Assembly: GCA_002269645.1 (NCBI GenBank) | Contig: NIVC01002927.1 | Span: 1 to 64,000, forward strand | DNA: 64,000 nucleotides | Direction: 5' to 3' | Origin: Macrostomum lignano | Taxonomy: Eukaryota | Part shown: one piece after another, positions 1 through 12,263 of the stretch | Layout: every line of letters starts with the position of its first letter | Position numbering within the stretch: the stretch's first letter is position 1 | Notes under the pieces: generated by a model | The model's database searches: none | Told to the model about the DNA's origin: nothing | The model's input: only the letters and a program-made list of their open reading frames with translations | Position numbers and translations under genes: made by a program

Positions 1-1
1 C

Positions 2-61
<60 letters not shown>

Positions 62-62
62 C

Positions 63-115
<53 letters not shown>

Positions 116-147
116 GGTCTGTCTGTCTGTCTGTCTGTCTGTCTGTG

Positions 148-194
<47 letters not shown>

Positions 195-276
195 CTGTCT
201 GTCTGTCTGTCTGTCTGTCTGTCCTGTCTGTCTGTCTGTCTGTCTGTGTCTGTCTGTGTCTGTCTGTCTGTGTGTC

Positions 277-322
<46 letters not shown>
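1..322. repeat. (CTGT)n microsatellite, truncated by window start
   Basis: Direct tetranucleotide repeat; ends in ctttgcag, a plausible splice acceptor at 328. Confidence 0.97.
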
Positions 323-323
<1 letters not shown>

Positions 324-1392
324 TTGCAGGCAGAATAAGGAAACAGTTAGCATGGAACATCTATTCCCTAAAAAGATTTCTGACCTTTAAGAAGATGCTG
401 AGGGTTTGAAAAAGACATTATTTGGATAAAACCATTTGTCTTTCTTTTGTCAAGAGTTACAAGAAACTGTGAAGAAAGCAGTTGATGATTTGATAGTTGC
501 GATGTGATGGTTTTTTAGCAATTATCCAATTCTCCAAAAGTAGTCTATAGACAACCTTGTTTAGCCAGATCCTTTGTAGCGATTAAGTATATTGAACCAG
601 AGCATAAAAGAGATTGCGCAATGTCCACTCTTATCTTGCCCACCTTTTCAAAACTTCTACAGTTAACGATTGGACAGTTGAACATAAAGTCTAGCAAGTT
701 ATTATTGAGAAGAAAAAAAATCAAAACTAAATTGAGCTAACTCTATTCCAGATTACAATCGGTCTGAACCACCTGTAAATTGGTTTGAGTAGGTTTGAGT
801 AATCTTTGACCTGCGGAGTTGCTTGCGGCAGCGTTAACTTGCCTTTATGCAACTGTAGGTGAGAGCAATATTGCATTTGCATATAAATATGAGCCACTTC
901 TATTTTTTGCTTGCTACTGTTCTGCAAAAACCTTTTTGTTCTCATCTTGCATCTCTCTCAGCTTTCTGAAAACGACAATGCAGTGTAGGTGTTTTTTGCT
1001 CGGGCTTGATTTGTCAAAATAATTAAATAGCTGCAGCCATGGCCTGTGTATTTTCCATTGGAATTAATAACGTACGCTAAACAATCCAGCAAACCGTACC
1101 TCCTGCCATCCTCTTTTCATTCCTTACCCTCACACTCTGCAAAGCCCTCTTGTACGAGCTACTAGCCTGTGTGTTCAAAATTAACTAGGGTGTACACCGG
1201 TCACAGTGTACACTCTGCCCTAACCGTACAAGGAGAATGTACTCAAAGTATACGCCTGCCCAACAGCTTGGGGTAACTGAAAAGAAAAACCTTTACACGC
1301 TAAAGAGCTTTTGCAAAACAGAAAACACTTCTGCGAACCCTGAGGCTGAAAGAGTGCTTTGCTACTAGCGAAGAAACTAGAAGTAAACAAAA

Positions 1393-3023
1393 ATGCTTCG
1401 CCAGATTCTGCCGTCGCAACTGGTGAGTCTAGCGGACTCCGTTTTCTCCCAATCGGACAGCAGCTACAAGAAGGCCATCGCAACTGCCGCGATACCCGCC
1501 GCTCTCGGGGCCTACGTCCTCTACTACTGGCGACAAGGACGCGACCTCCCTCCCGGTCCTGTAGGCCTGCCTCTCATTGGCCGTCTGCCATGGACCGATC
1601 CGAAGAACTTGCACCTCACGATGCAGAAAGTGGCAGAGAAGTACGGCGACATTACTTCGTTCTACCTTGGCTCGCGCCTGCTCATTGTGCTCAACTCTTA
1701 CCCGATGATGAAGGAGATGCTGGACGACTACAACTTTGCTGGTAGACCGAGACTGCGTCTGTTCTTAAAACTGACCCGCGACTGCGGCATCATCTTCACG
1801 GAGGGAGACATGTGGAGCCAGCATCGTCGATTGAGTCTGCGAACTCTGCGAGACTTCGGCTTTGCTAGAGCGCAAACTGTAGAGATGGTCGACGATCAAC
1901 TGGACTCCATCTTCCAGACGCTTGATGAGGCCGCGACGTCGGTCACACCGATGGAGGTGCTCGGCACTTTCATTCTCGCCTCCAACTCGATCATCACTGA
2001 GATGACACTCGGTCACCGATTTGAGCGAAACGATCCCGAGTTTCAGAAGGTCAACAAGCTCATCAAGAAACTACTTGAAGAGGGCATTGTTCAAACGGCA
2101 AGCGCTTTGTTCCCAGCTGTTGAACGATTCATCGTACTGTTCCCGCTATCAAGCAGCGTCGTTCACGATGTTGAATATCTGCACTCGTTCATACGGAAAG
2201 AGATCCAACAGCGTGAGAAGGTGATGGTCGACGAAAGCACAGAACCGGAATGTCTATGCGATGTCTACATCCACGTGAGTGAATTAAGGCTTCACTATTT
2301 CTACAGTCGTATAAATAACAGCAATCCCTTTGATTAACTTTCTCACAGGAAAAGCGCAAGGCTGAGAAGGCTGGCGACTTTGAGACGTTCAAGGAGTTCC
2401 AGCTCATACGCGTAATCCTTGAGTTTTTCCTGGCCGGCACTGACACGACCGCCCGATCGATAGAATGGCTGCTGCTCTACATGGCCTTCTATCCGGAGGT
2501 GCAGGACCGAGTCCAGAACGAGCTCGACTCCGTAATCGGTCAGTCGAGGCGTCCACGGATGCAGGACAGGACAGAACTGCACTACACCAGCGCTGTCATC
2601 GACGAGACCTACAGAAAGGCCTCCCTCGCTGCCATCGGGGTGTTCCACCGAGCCGTTGAGGAAACCCATTTCCACGGCTACCGGATCCCATCGGATGCTT
2701 TCATCATTCCGAACGTGTACGGCGTCCACCACCGAGTCGAGTACTGGGAGAGACCGAACGAGTTCTACCCTGAGCACTTCCTCGACAACGAAGGTCGCTA
2801 CCGGAGCAGTCCGTACCTCATCCCGTTCCTGATTGGTAGGCGTTCTTGCGTTGGCGAGTCTCTGGCGCGAATGGAGATTGTCCTGTTCTTCACGGCCATC
2901 ATGCAGCGGTACCGGGTGCGGCCGGCCCCGGAGAGTGCGGCAAAGAAGGATGACATCCTGTCTGGTTGGATGGGATCTTTGCGTATTCCAGGTGAATACC
3001 GTCTGATTTTCGACCGCCGTTAG
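1393..3023 (+). CDS. Cytochrome P450, CYP2 clan, intact; exons 1393-2274 and 2349-3023, 518 aa
   Basis: N-terminal hydrophobic anchor then PPGPVGLPLIG, helix C WSQHR, helix I FLAGTDTT, helix K ETYR, PEHF and heme motif FLIGRRSCVG. Phase-0 74-nt intron (CAC|gtgagt ... ctcacag|GAA) joins ORFs 1393..2337 and 2481..3023 in frame. AATAAA at about 3310. Confidence 0.95.
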
Positions 3024-3734
3024 GTCTCCTGATCGCCAGGTTCTGGTTCTGAACTGTGCGTACATATCCATTGTTTTCAATTTAAAATCTGACGTAACGA
3101 GATCAGTTTGAAACTTCAATTTTAGCTACACTTAGCACATTGGATTGAATTTACGTTGTTATTTCTCACAGTGGAAAAATTTCACTGCTGTATTCTTTTT
3201 TTCAAGCCTACTTTTTCCAGAAAGCAGTTTTTTTATTGTAGCTATCACAGTATTTGAATATGTTCTTAGAATCTTAGCCACTCATATCACAGTGTACATC
3301 TTTTTGTGAAATAAAATAAATACGAGTGTTATAAAAACAAGTAGAGTAAACCTTTTTGTCTTTAAAATTTGGTACTTATTACTTATGAAAAGTTTTACTC
3401 AGAACTTTTGGCTAATTTTAGAGCACGATTATCACAAGACCAAAAACAACTCAACGAGGCCACAAAGCAGACAGACGCTAGAACGATAAGGGTAAATCAA
3501 GTAATAGGTGTTACAGTATAGCTAGTTGCTATTTAGCTACTATTCCAACTGAGCGAACCACTCGCTAAGCGCTTTGCAGGTGCACGTACCATACATATAA
3601 GGACTGGAATATCTTGGAGATATTTAGAACGATTATAATTAAGCAAATTCTGGGTAAAAATGTAATTTTTATCATGTGCAGGGCCAAATGAAAACAACAG
3701 AAGCTACTTTTGTTCTAAAAATATCAATCAAGGT

Positions 3735-5364
3735 CTATCGACGGCTCATAATCAACTGGTATCGCCCCGGCATCCGCAAAATTCCAAGACGACCAGACGG
3801 AATGTCGTCCTTCTTCTTGCCGCACTTTCCAGCTCCGGCCGCACCCGGTACCGCTGCATGATGGCCGTGAAGAACAGGACAATCTCCATTCGCGCCAGAG
3901 ACTCGCCAACGCAAGAGCGCCGACCAATCAGGAACGGGATGAGGTACGGACTGCTCCGGTAGCGACCTTCGTCGTCGAGAAAGTGCTCAGGGTAGAACTC
4001 GTTCGGTCTCTCCCAGTACTCGGCTCGGTGGTGGACGCCGTACACCAGCGGAAGGATCACAGCATCGCTGGGGATCCGGTAGCCGTGGAAATGGGTTTCC
4101 TCAACGGCTCGGTGGAACAGACCACAGGCTACCAGCGAAGCTTTTCTGTAGGTCTCGTCGATGACAGCGCTGGTGTAGTGCAGTTCTGTCCTGTCCTGCA
4201 TCCGTGGACGCCTCGACTGACCGATTACGGAGTCGAGCTCGTTCTGGACTCGGTCCTGCACCTCCGGATAGAAGGCCATGTAGAGCAGCAGCCACTCCAT
4301 CGATCGGGCGGTCGTGTCAGTGCCGGCCAGGAAGAACTCGAAGCACACTCGGATGAGCTGGAAATCCTTGAACGTCTCAAAGTCGCCAGCCTTCTCAGCC
4401 TTGCGCTTTTCCTAATAAGTAGTCATGGTGGCAATCAAATCGTTAAAGTTTCAGCTGTTAAAAAATAATTTGTGTTTTTGTGCTCCTGTCTGAATTCGAG
4501 TTTTTACCTGGATATATACATCGTAGAGACACTCGGGTTCCGTACTTTCATCCACCATTATCTTCTCACGCTGTTGGATCCCTTTCCGTATGAACGAGTG
4601 CAGGTACTCTAGATTCTGAACAACGCTGCTTGATAGACCAAACAGCTCACCAAATCTGTCAATGATCGGAAACGAGACACTTGCTGATTCGGTTATGCCG
4701 TCGTCAGGTAGTTTTTTCATCAATGCATTGACTTTCAAGAACTCGGGATCGTTTCGCTCAAATCGGTGACCGAGTGTCATCTCAGTGATGATGGAGTTGG
4801 AGGCGAGAATGAAAGTGCCGAGCACCTCCATCGGTGTGACCGACGTCGCGGCCTCATCAAGCGTCTGGAAGATGGAGTCCAGTTGATCGTCGACCATCTC
4901 TACAGTTTGCGCTCCAGCAAAGCCGAAGTCTCGCAGAGTTCGCAGACTTCCGTGAAGATGATGCCGCAGTCGCGGGTCAGCTGTAAGAATAGACGCAGTC
5001 TCGGTCTACCAGCAAAGTTGTAGTCTACCAGCATCTCCTTCATCATCGGGTACGAGTTGAGCACAATGAGCAGGCGCGAGCCAAGGTAGAACGAAGTAAT
5101 GTCGCCGTACTTCTCTGCCACTTTCTGCATCGTGAGGTGCAAGTTCTTCGGATCGGTCCATGGCAGACGGCCAATGAGAGGCAGGCCTACAGGACCGGGA
5201 GGGAGGTCGCGTCCTTGTCGCCATTAGCCATTAGTAGAGGACGTAGGCCCCGAGAGCGGCGGGAATCGCGGCAGTTGCGATGGCCTTCTTGTAGCTGCTG
5301 TCCGATTGGGAGAAACGGAGTCCGCTAGACTCGTCAGTTGCGACGGCAGAATCTGTCGAAGCAT
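3735..5364 (-). pseudogene. Disrupted inverted paralog of the CYP2-clan P450; exons 5364-4508 and 4411-3735
   Basis: Aligns to the + copy from ATG to the homologous TAG (3735) with the same intron position (4412-4507). Lesions: -1 nt near 5313, TAC>TAA plus a 7-nt duplication (taatggc x2) near 5222-5235, a 31-nt deletion near 4948 removing the WxxxR motif, and a +2 frameshift near 3815. Confidence 0.88.
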
Positions 5365-6139
5365 ATTTTGCTAGGTTTTTTTAAATCAACGTTACAGCAA
5401 GCTTGGCGCTTATAACTCGTATAGCTGCATGTACAGACATACGTTAAAGTAAGCTTGTGTGAATGACCGACCAACCCTCCTGCACAAAAGCGTACACTTC
5501 GCTCGCTCTTCGCTGGGATGCTCTATTCGTAGCATGGTTTAGAGTATAGCAGTTTTTTCTTGAGAAATTCTCATCTGCGCTTTTGTTGTTTCTGTTGAAG
5601 GGCGTATATACAGCATGTACTTGCATATTCGTTTTTTTAACCTCGTAGCGGGATAACTGGCTGTGCAGTGGAAATTTCTATGTGCTTTACAGACATCGAC
5701 TAAGCTGCCATTCGCAAGTGCGTTACGCTGCAATTAGACAAGCAATACGTACGTAGCGCAGAGTTTTAAAAGCTTTGTTCCATGCAAGACGACTCAAGTA
5801 AGAGGAGTAAAAAAATCATTATTGCATTTGATTTATGTATGTAGGAGGCAGGCCCAATGTTCATCTTTGTATGTCTAGACTTTCAAATATAGCCCATACA
5901 GTTGGTATATATAAAGCTTTTTCATTTAGAAAATTAGGATTGTGAGTTCATTTAATATCCTACGTACAATCGTACATGTCCTACATATGTGCCTAAAAAC
6001 CGTGACAACGCGGCTCGATCATTGTTGGTTTTACGTTCGAATCTTTTTTCTTTCCTAATTGTTCAGTTGTTGAATTAACGAACGCAGAAACAATATAGAT
6101 AATTATCCGGGCGCTCAGTGGCACCAAAAGAGGGCTTGG

Positions 6140-6256
6140 CCAATAGGAGGGCGGCTCGTATATTTGTGCACGCGGGGAAGGAAAGTTCTAGAAAGACCGG
6201 GAGAGGAAACTTCTAGAACAATGCGTAAACAAGTCCTGCTGTGGAAGTTTCTAGAA
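6140..6256. promoter_or_regulatory. Heat-shock-promoter-like module: three perfect HSEs, CCAAT box, GC box
   Basis: GAAnnTTCnnGAA at 6181-6193, 6206-6218 and 6244-6256, all with a TTCTAGAA core; CCAAT 6140-6144; GGGCGG 6149-6154; TATATT at about 6159. Confidence 0.7.
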
Positions 6257-6499
6257 ACCCTGTCCCCGAACTATCCCTTCGCATAGCATGCCTTTGCAAT
6301 ACACAACGCTAATCTTAGCTAAATGACTGAAATAAAAAGTGTAACAGCTGAATACAGGACAGTGCTTGTACATGTTACAGTATACAGTTATCAAGCTGCT
6401 CACCATGGACTTGTATATGTCGATATAACCGTTCTTTTCATTTTTAAATTTAAAGTACATGGCCACGTATAGCAATACGAAGCGTACATGTACCTCTGC

Positions 6500-6812
6500 A
6501 AGGCTACGAGCGAGTGATCAACGCGCGGCTTTGTATCACCGCGCCGGCCTGGTCCGTCCAAGCGACCTGTTGCGCCGTCGGCGACTCCAGCTGGCAGGCC
6601 AAATCATCCACGCCGAGTCGTACTGCCCAGAGCCGGTGCAGGAGGTGCTGCTGGCCCTACTGGCGGGGCAAGGCCCGCGCACTTGGCGTTTAATCGTCGA
6701 CTGCATGCCTGCTGTGGCTGACGCCGGCTGCCCTGGATTCGGCCCTGAGGGGCGCCCTGTGACACTGAACTCGTATTCTGTTGTTGTTGTTGTTGTCACT
6801 GTTGTTGTCAAT
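6500..6812 (+). mobile_element. 5'-truncated, decayed non-LTR retrotransposon (RTE-like) 3' end
   Basis: Translation LYHRAGLVRPSDLLRRRRLQLAGQIIHAE resembles the RRRRLxWAGHxxR region after the RT domain of RTE-clade ORF2; ends in a (GTT)n tail at 6779-6810. Confidence 0.7.
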
Positions 6813-8731
6813 AATGCAGCAGCGAAGTTTGATAATTACAGCTTACTTTAATCACAATACGTACTTTAAAAATGCCATGGCCAATTGTTTTCTTGAAAAA
6901 AGCACAGGGTTCTTAACTTTCAGTATTTGAAAAACAGTATCTTTCGATTGCTATGATGATGAATAAGTTCGTCCAATTGGTCGCAGGGTGCAAACAGAGA
7001 TCGACGACTTTGTTCTTTTTGAGCGTACCCATGCATGCTTGGGGGCCATATAGAGAGATATATACGAGTATTATAACCCAAACTTTATCTTTATTGAAAA
7101 TTTCCATTTTTTTATTTTTTAACTCATCCCAAACGGAGCTATATATAGTTCGTTCATTCCAAATATATGCTACGCCTAGCCTGATGTGCTTATTTGATTC
7201 TGAAAATTTGACAAACCATGCAGAGAGCAGCATATATAGGCCTCTAAATCTTTTATCAATTGATAATTAAGTAAATGCTTTTATAATGGTTTCATCTTAA
7301 AGCAAAATTTCTTTTTGAATGGTTACATTTTGTTCATACATGTAGTTGTTTATGTACTTCAATAACCATGTATTTATATATATTTGCTCGCCAGGATTTC
7401 TTTGCTCTTTGCTTAAACTTACAGTATCTACTTTATACAATTTTTATCAAAACATCAAATGATACTAAGATTCCATTTCATTACTAACATTTATCCTGCG
7501 CTTTAAAGCTTTTTGCTGTCGCACATTTGTTTTCATGCAGTTTTATGTACCGGTCGCAAAAATTAAGTTTTGCGCAAATTCAAATTTAATAGTTTCGTAG
7601 AAAAGGTTCTCTAAAATTACGAATATAACGTTCAGCAAACAAAAATCGTCTCGCCAAAATCTTAGTTTAACTTTCGAAAATGCATTTGTGTAAATCAACT
7701 CACTTTTTTCGTATTGGTAATCAGGCTGTCAATCCTGTCATGCCTAAGCTATTTATTACTACTACTACTAAGAATAAGAAGTTAATAATTATTAAATTCA
7801 TGTATCCTTTCAAGTGATCGCAATTCATAGATAAAGGCAGGGTAAATTAGCCTTTACATAAGTAATGCATCTGTTATCTGTATACCGTATATAATATTGT
7901 TTCAATTCAACCCACTTTGGTGAAGAGATTTGGCAAACGTCAATTACAACGAAAAATACTGTTGCACTCTAACTAAAAGTTCGCCTTTGCCAAAGGCGAA
8001 ATGGACTGCATCCAAATATTTTTTGCATTTCATTCATACTATAGCGGCTGCATTCCTGCAATTTAATTCAATTCCATTCTGCATTCATTTCATTAGGTTC
8101 ATTCATCATTAAATACTAAACCATTGCTTAAAATTTATGTTTGGACTTTGGAGTCAGAAATTTTGTTTACCCTGGGGCCAGATGCCCAGATAAAGAACTA
8201 ACTTACTAAGCTAATGGCTGCTGGCTGCTGGCCATTAGCTTAAGGGGGAAATAGAAGAGAGAAAAGAGAAGAAACAAAAAAGATAAAAATCCCTAGACAA
8301 GGGCCTAGTCTAGAAAATGGAAATCATTTTCTATTTAGAATAGGGCCTATTGTAAATATTTTTGGTGCTATTTACCTAGTACTATATAATAGTACTAGCT
8401 ATATAATAGTATATATTATAATTTATAGCTATATAATAGTACTATATAAATATTATTTATATAGTAACTGAAAAAAAATTATAAATATTTTTATGGCAAT
8501 CCTGTTGTAGTTTTGTATATTACATTATTTTTGTTAAAAATAATAACTTTTAAGTAACCTTAAGTGTAATAAGGGATAGAATAGATTAAAAAATGAATTT
8601 AACTTATTATTGAGTATCTACTATTGTTTGAATATATATAAACAATGTTAATGGAGGTTAAAGTAGATAATAATGCTACACTAGATAGTACCTCGAGTGA
8701 GCCACTTCATAGAAGCTATTTCATCTATGGT

Positions 8732-9188
8732 TAGGGGTCGGATGAGATCTCGATCTCGAGATCCGAGATCTCGGGGGTTTTCTCAAATCTCAATCTCGAC
8801 TTCACAATCTCGAAAAAATGTCGAGATTTGAGATAAAAATTAAATGTTCGAAAAAACATTTCAATCTATAAGAAGCATGCAACATCATATCATAGAGTTT
8901 GATGGTGTCAATGTCAATATTTTGTTTAAATTTTGCATGTTACGAAGAATACTTTTCTAATTTAAGACCCTATTAACTAAAAAATAGATGATAAAGATAA
9001 CAAACAAATTTAATATATAGTTTTGAGAGTTTATAGTTTTTATTTTAATATTAATTTACTTTATTTCACTTATTAAATATATTTTTTGTTCCACTATATG
9101 TCTTGAATCTTGATCAAATCTCAAATATCTTGAAGAGGCCAATCTCGAATCTCGAAAATCTTGAAAATTCAATATCGTCCAACCCCTA
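8732..9188. mobile_element. hAT-type non-autonomous DNA transposon (MITE), 457 bp
   Basis: Imperfect TIRs TAGGGGTcGGAtGAgAT / TAGGGGTtGGAcGAtAT (14/17), perfect 8-bp TSD TCTATGGT (8724-8731 and 9189-9196), subterminal ATCTCGA-type repeats at both ends, AT-rich non-coding interior. Confidence 0.9.
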
Positions 9189-11804
9189 TCTATGGTTATT
9201 CTATAGACTATGCAAGTTGAAAAATTAGTTTGCAAAGTTCTGTAGTAAGATGTTGCTTGGCCATAGGCATAATTATTATTGGGGCAGCAGGTCAGCTAGC
9301 TATAAATTGCTAGAAAGAAAACATATTCTTTTTAAATATCATAAAATATGCATTTAAGCAAAATTAGGCACTTAATAATATATTAAATTTGTTTCCTATT
9401 ATCTATTCTATCATTTACTAAGCTTAAAGTTACTTAAAAGTTTTTATTTTTAACAAAAATAATTTTATAAGCAAAACTACAGGATTGCCCATTTATTTTA
9501 TATTTTTATAATGAGTTAAAACTAACAAAGCCAAGGGTAAATAAAGTATAGATAGGTATAGTTTATGATATATATTTATATTTTATATAGCTTAGTATTT
9601 GTTATTGAAGTGGGGCAGAGAAATGAAAATTTTCTCGGTGGTTGGTTGGTTTGACACCAAATTGGGACAGTTCTAACTTTTGAATTGTTGCTAATGTTAA
9701 GTTTGCAGAAATTAAATCCAAAAAATTGCATAGACAAACTCTAACAAAATTTCTCCTGTTATTCTAGCTGCCAGGGTCCTCAATTCTGGGGGAGGGTAGT
9801 TTCAGTCGTAGGCAAGCAGTCTTCATTCTGCATGAGCATTCAGAGTGGGTCCTTAGACACCAAAACAGATGTACATTGTATGCTTGACTTATTACTGCGA
9901 GTAGAGTAGCACTGCCACCACCATAATTTATGTATTATGGAACATTAAAGTCTCAGAGCTTCTTTAAATCGAGAACTTGGTTATTTTATGCCCCACAGAC
10001 AAATGACTTAAGATAGGCTATGGCTCTTAATTAGGTATTTAGCAACAGAAAATAAAATAAATTAATGTTCATTTATTATAATTAACAGGATAGTTAGTTA
10101 TTGAATGTTCCGGTTGACTTGACGACAAATGATACTGGGGGGAGCCATGGTGCGAGGCTTTAAATTAAAGTTGAAAGAGACTAAGCTAAGGTAGAGTACA
10201 AGTTGTGAGAGATGTATTAATGGGTATTATTCAACAGAGCACTAGCAACACAGAGTATTAGCAAAAATAGATAGGGTTACTAAATAATTCAAGAAAACAA
10301 GAAGAGGGGAAAGGTTACAGAGTTGGGCCAAATGAGGCCAATTAAATACAAATGGGGGAGCAGACGTTAGGCAAGGAGGTACAGAGTCTGGGGACAGGAT
10401 GTGGACACTAGGGTCCAGAACATGGGGAGCAGAATGGGCAGATTGGGCCACAAATAGGGCGACAGCAAAATGGGGGGTCCAACTCCAGTCCATAAAATTG
10501 TTATTAGAAAATTTAAAATAATAAAACATCAGTGGGAGTTCACACTACCACATTATTACTAATAGTTATGCAATATATAAGGGATGTTTATAAGAAACAA
10601 GAATTGGACACATTTGCCTTTGTAATTAACATTGATAATAGAATACAACTGATAAGCACTTAAGAATATTTTTTATTCTGGCATATGCTTTCTATGATTT
10701 AGATTATCAGATAAAAAGCCTTATTGAATTAAGTTTTGAAAATCCACAGATGCACAATATTGATACTAAAAAAGTAGTCCAAGTGTGTGATATTGGAGAC
10801 AAAAGAATGATAAGTATAATGACATGATTTGAAAAATTATAAAACATGGCAGAAAATGGCAGATAACAACCAATAGAAATATTTGGAAAATAAAGTAAAT
10901 ATTCTGAAACTCAATAGCCTACTCAGTCTTAAATGACAATTATAGTATTCCTGCAATACCATATGTGCATCATGTTTCTAACATTGCTACCTGTTAACTA
11001 TGATATGCTGTAACATGCAATACTACCCTGCTTTTCAACTTTAATTCTGTTGCACAATGTAACATTGCTTGCCTTTCTTGAATCCACAATGTGACATTAG
11101 AAAATGTTGAAAATGCAATAGACAGCCATCTACAATTTGTTAATTTTTTCTAAAAAAGATAAGAGGAGACAGATAAGATATAGTAATACGATAAGATAAG
11201 AGATTGTAGTGGTTATAGTGGAACTCTATAGAGAAGTAGCAAGTAGTTCTTATTTGTTTCTTCGATCTATATATACTAATTGATAAATATAGCATTTTCA
11301 TATCTATTAGGCCTGTTTTATTGGTTTTTCTGATTCTTCTTAGCCTATGCACAATAGAATATAGTCTAGGAAAAAAGTAAAAAAAATTAAAAAAATTAGA
11401 ATGTTCTGTTCTGGATCATGTTTTGCACTGAGAAAATGTTTTAATATGTCTGTAGCTTTAAGTCCCATGTCTGTCAAATACTTATTGCAGGTAATAAAAT
11501 AAAATAATATTTATTATAATAAAATGAATAGATATTATTTATTTTATTTTAATATTCAAATTATAAGATATTTTGTTAGCAATTAATAGTAATTATAGTT
11601 TTCCACATCTGAACTTGTCTATTAGGATGGCTAGTTAATGGCTAAAATTATGGAATTTATATGTTGGATTTTGTTCTTTGCTAGTTTCTTAGGTAAGGTT
11701 TTTGGGCATCTTATCCATTTTAAAAACCTTGATTTTTTTAGAATATAGCTATCATAAAGAAAACACAAATCAGCTTAGAATTAAAAAGCTTATAGTCACC
11801 GCTT

Positions 11805-11902
11805 ATAGTTAAATTATAGTTATAGTTATAGACTATAACTATATAGACTATATAGACTATATAGTTATAGTTATAGTTATAGACCAATTATAGTTATAGA
11901 CT
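11805..11902. repeat. Degenerate (TATAGT/TATAGAC)n microsatellite
   Basis: Direct inspection. Confidence 0.75.
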
Positions 11903-12263
11903 TAAAAAACAGGTTGTCAAATTTAGGCAATCGAGCAAAACTTTTTAAGATTTCAACAATTGCAATATTAAATGCTATTAATATAGTATTTTTGTTTATT
12001 TAATGATATTTAAAAGTTATTAGCAACAAATTCAAAAAACAGAAAGATGCCCAAAAATGGCTGATTTTCTAAGTAAGGGATTGGTGCTTCATTTTATAAA
12101 AAGATGGTACACTTGTATTGATAAAATTTTGCAATGCTAAACTATTAAATACTGCTGCTTCTGCTTAGAGTGGTTAATGTGGCTATTCATTTATTTCAGC
12201 TTAATTGTCATGAATTTATTGGTTGAATTTGCTGAATAATTAGTCAACTATAAATTAGTTACC

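Noticed and set aside
329-420. Possible last exon of an upstream gene after the (CTGT)n tract
   Set aside because: The acceptor looks plausible, but all frames stop within about 30 codons and no motif is recognisable.
2343-3119. 258-aa minus-strand ORF (and 3983-4468 on +)
   Set aside because: Antisense shadows of the GC-rich P450 coding exons.
10242-10529. 95-aa ORF in a GC-richer patch of the CpG-poor block
   Set aside because: No recognisable motif or splice context; probably a decayed repeat.
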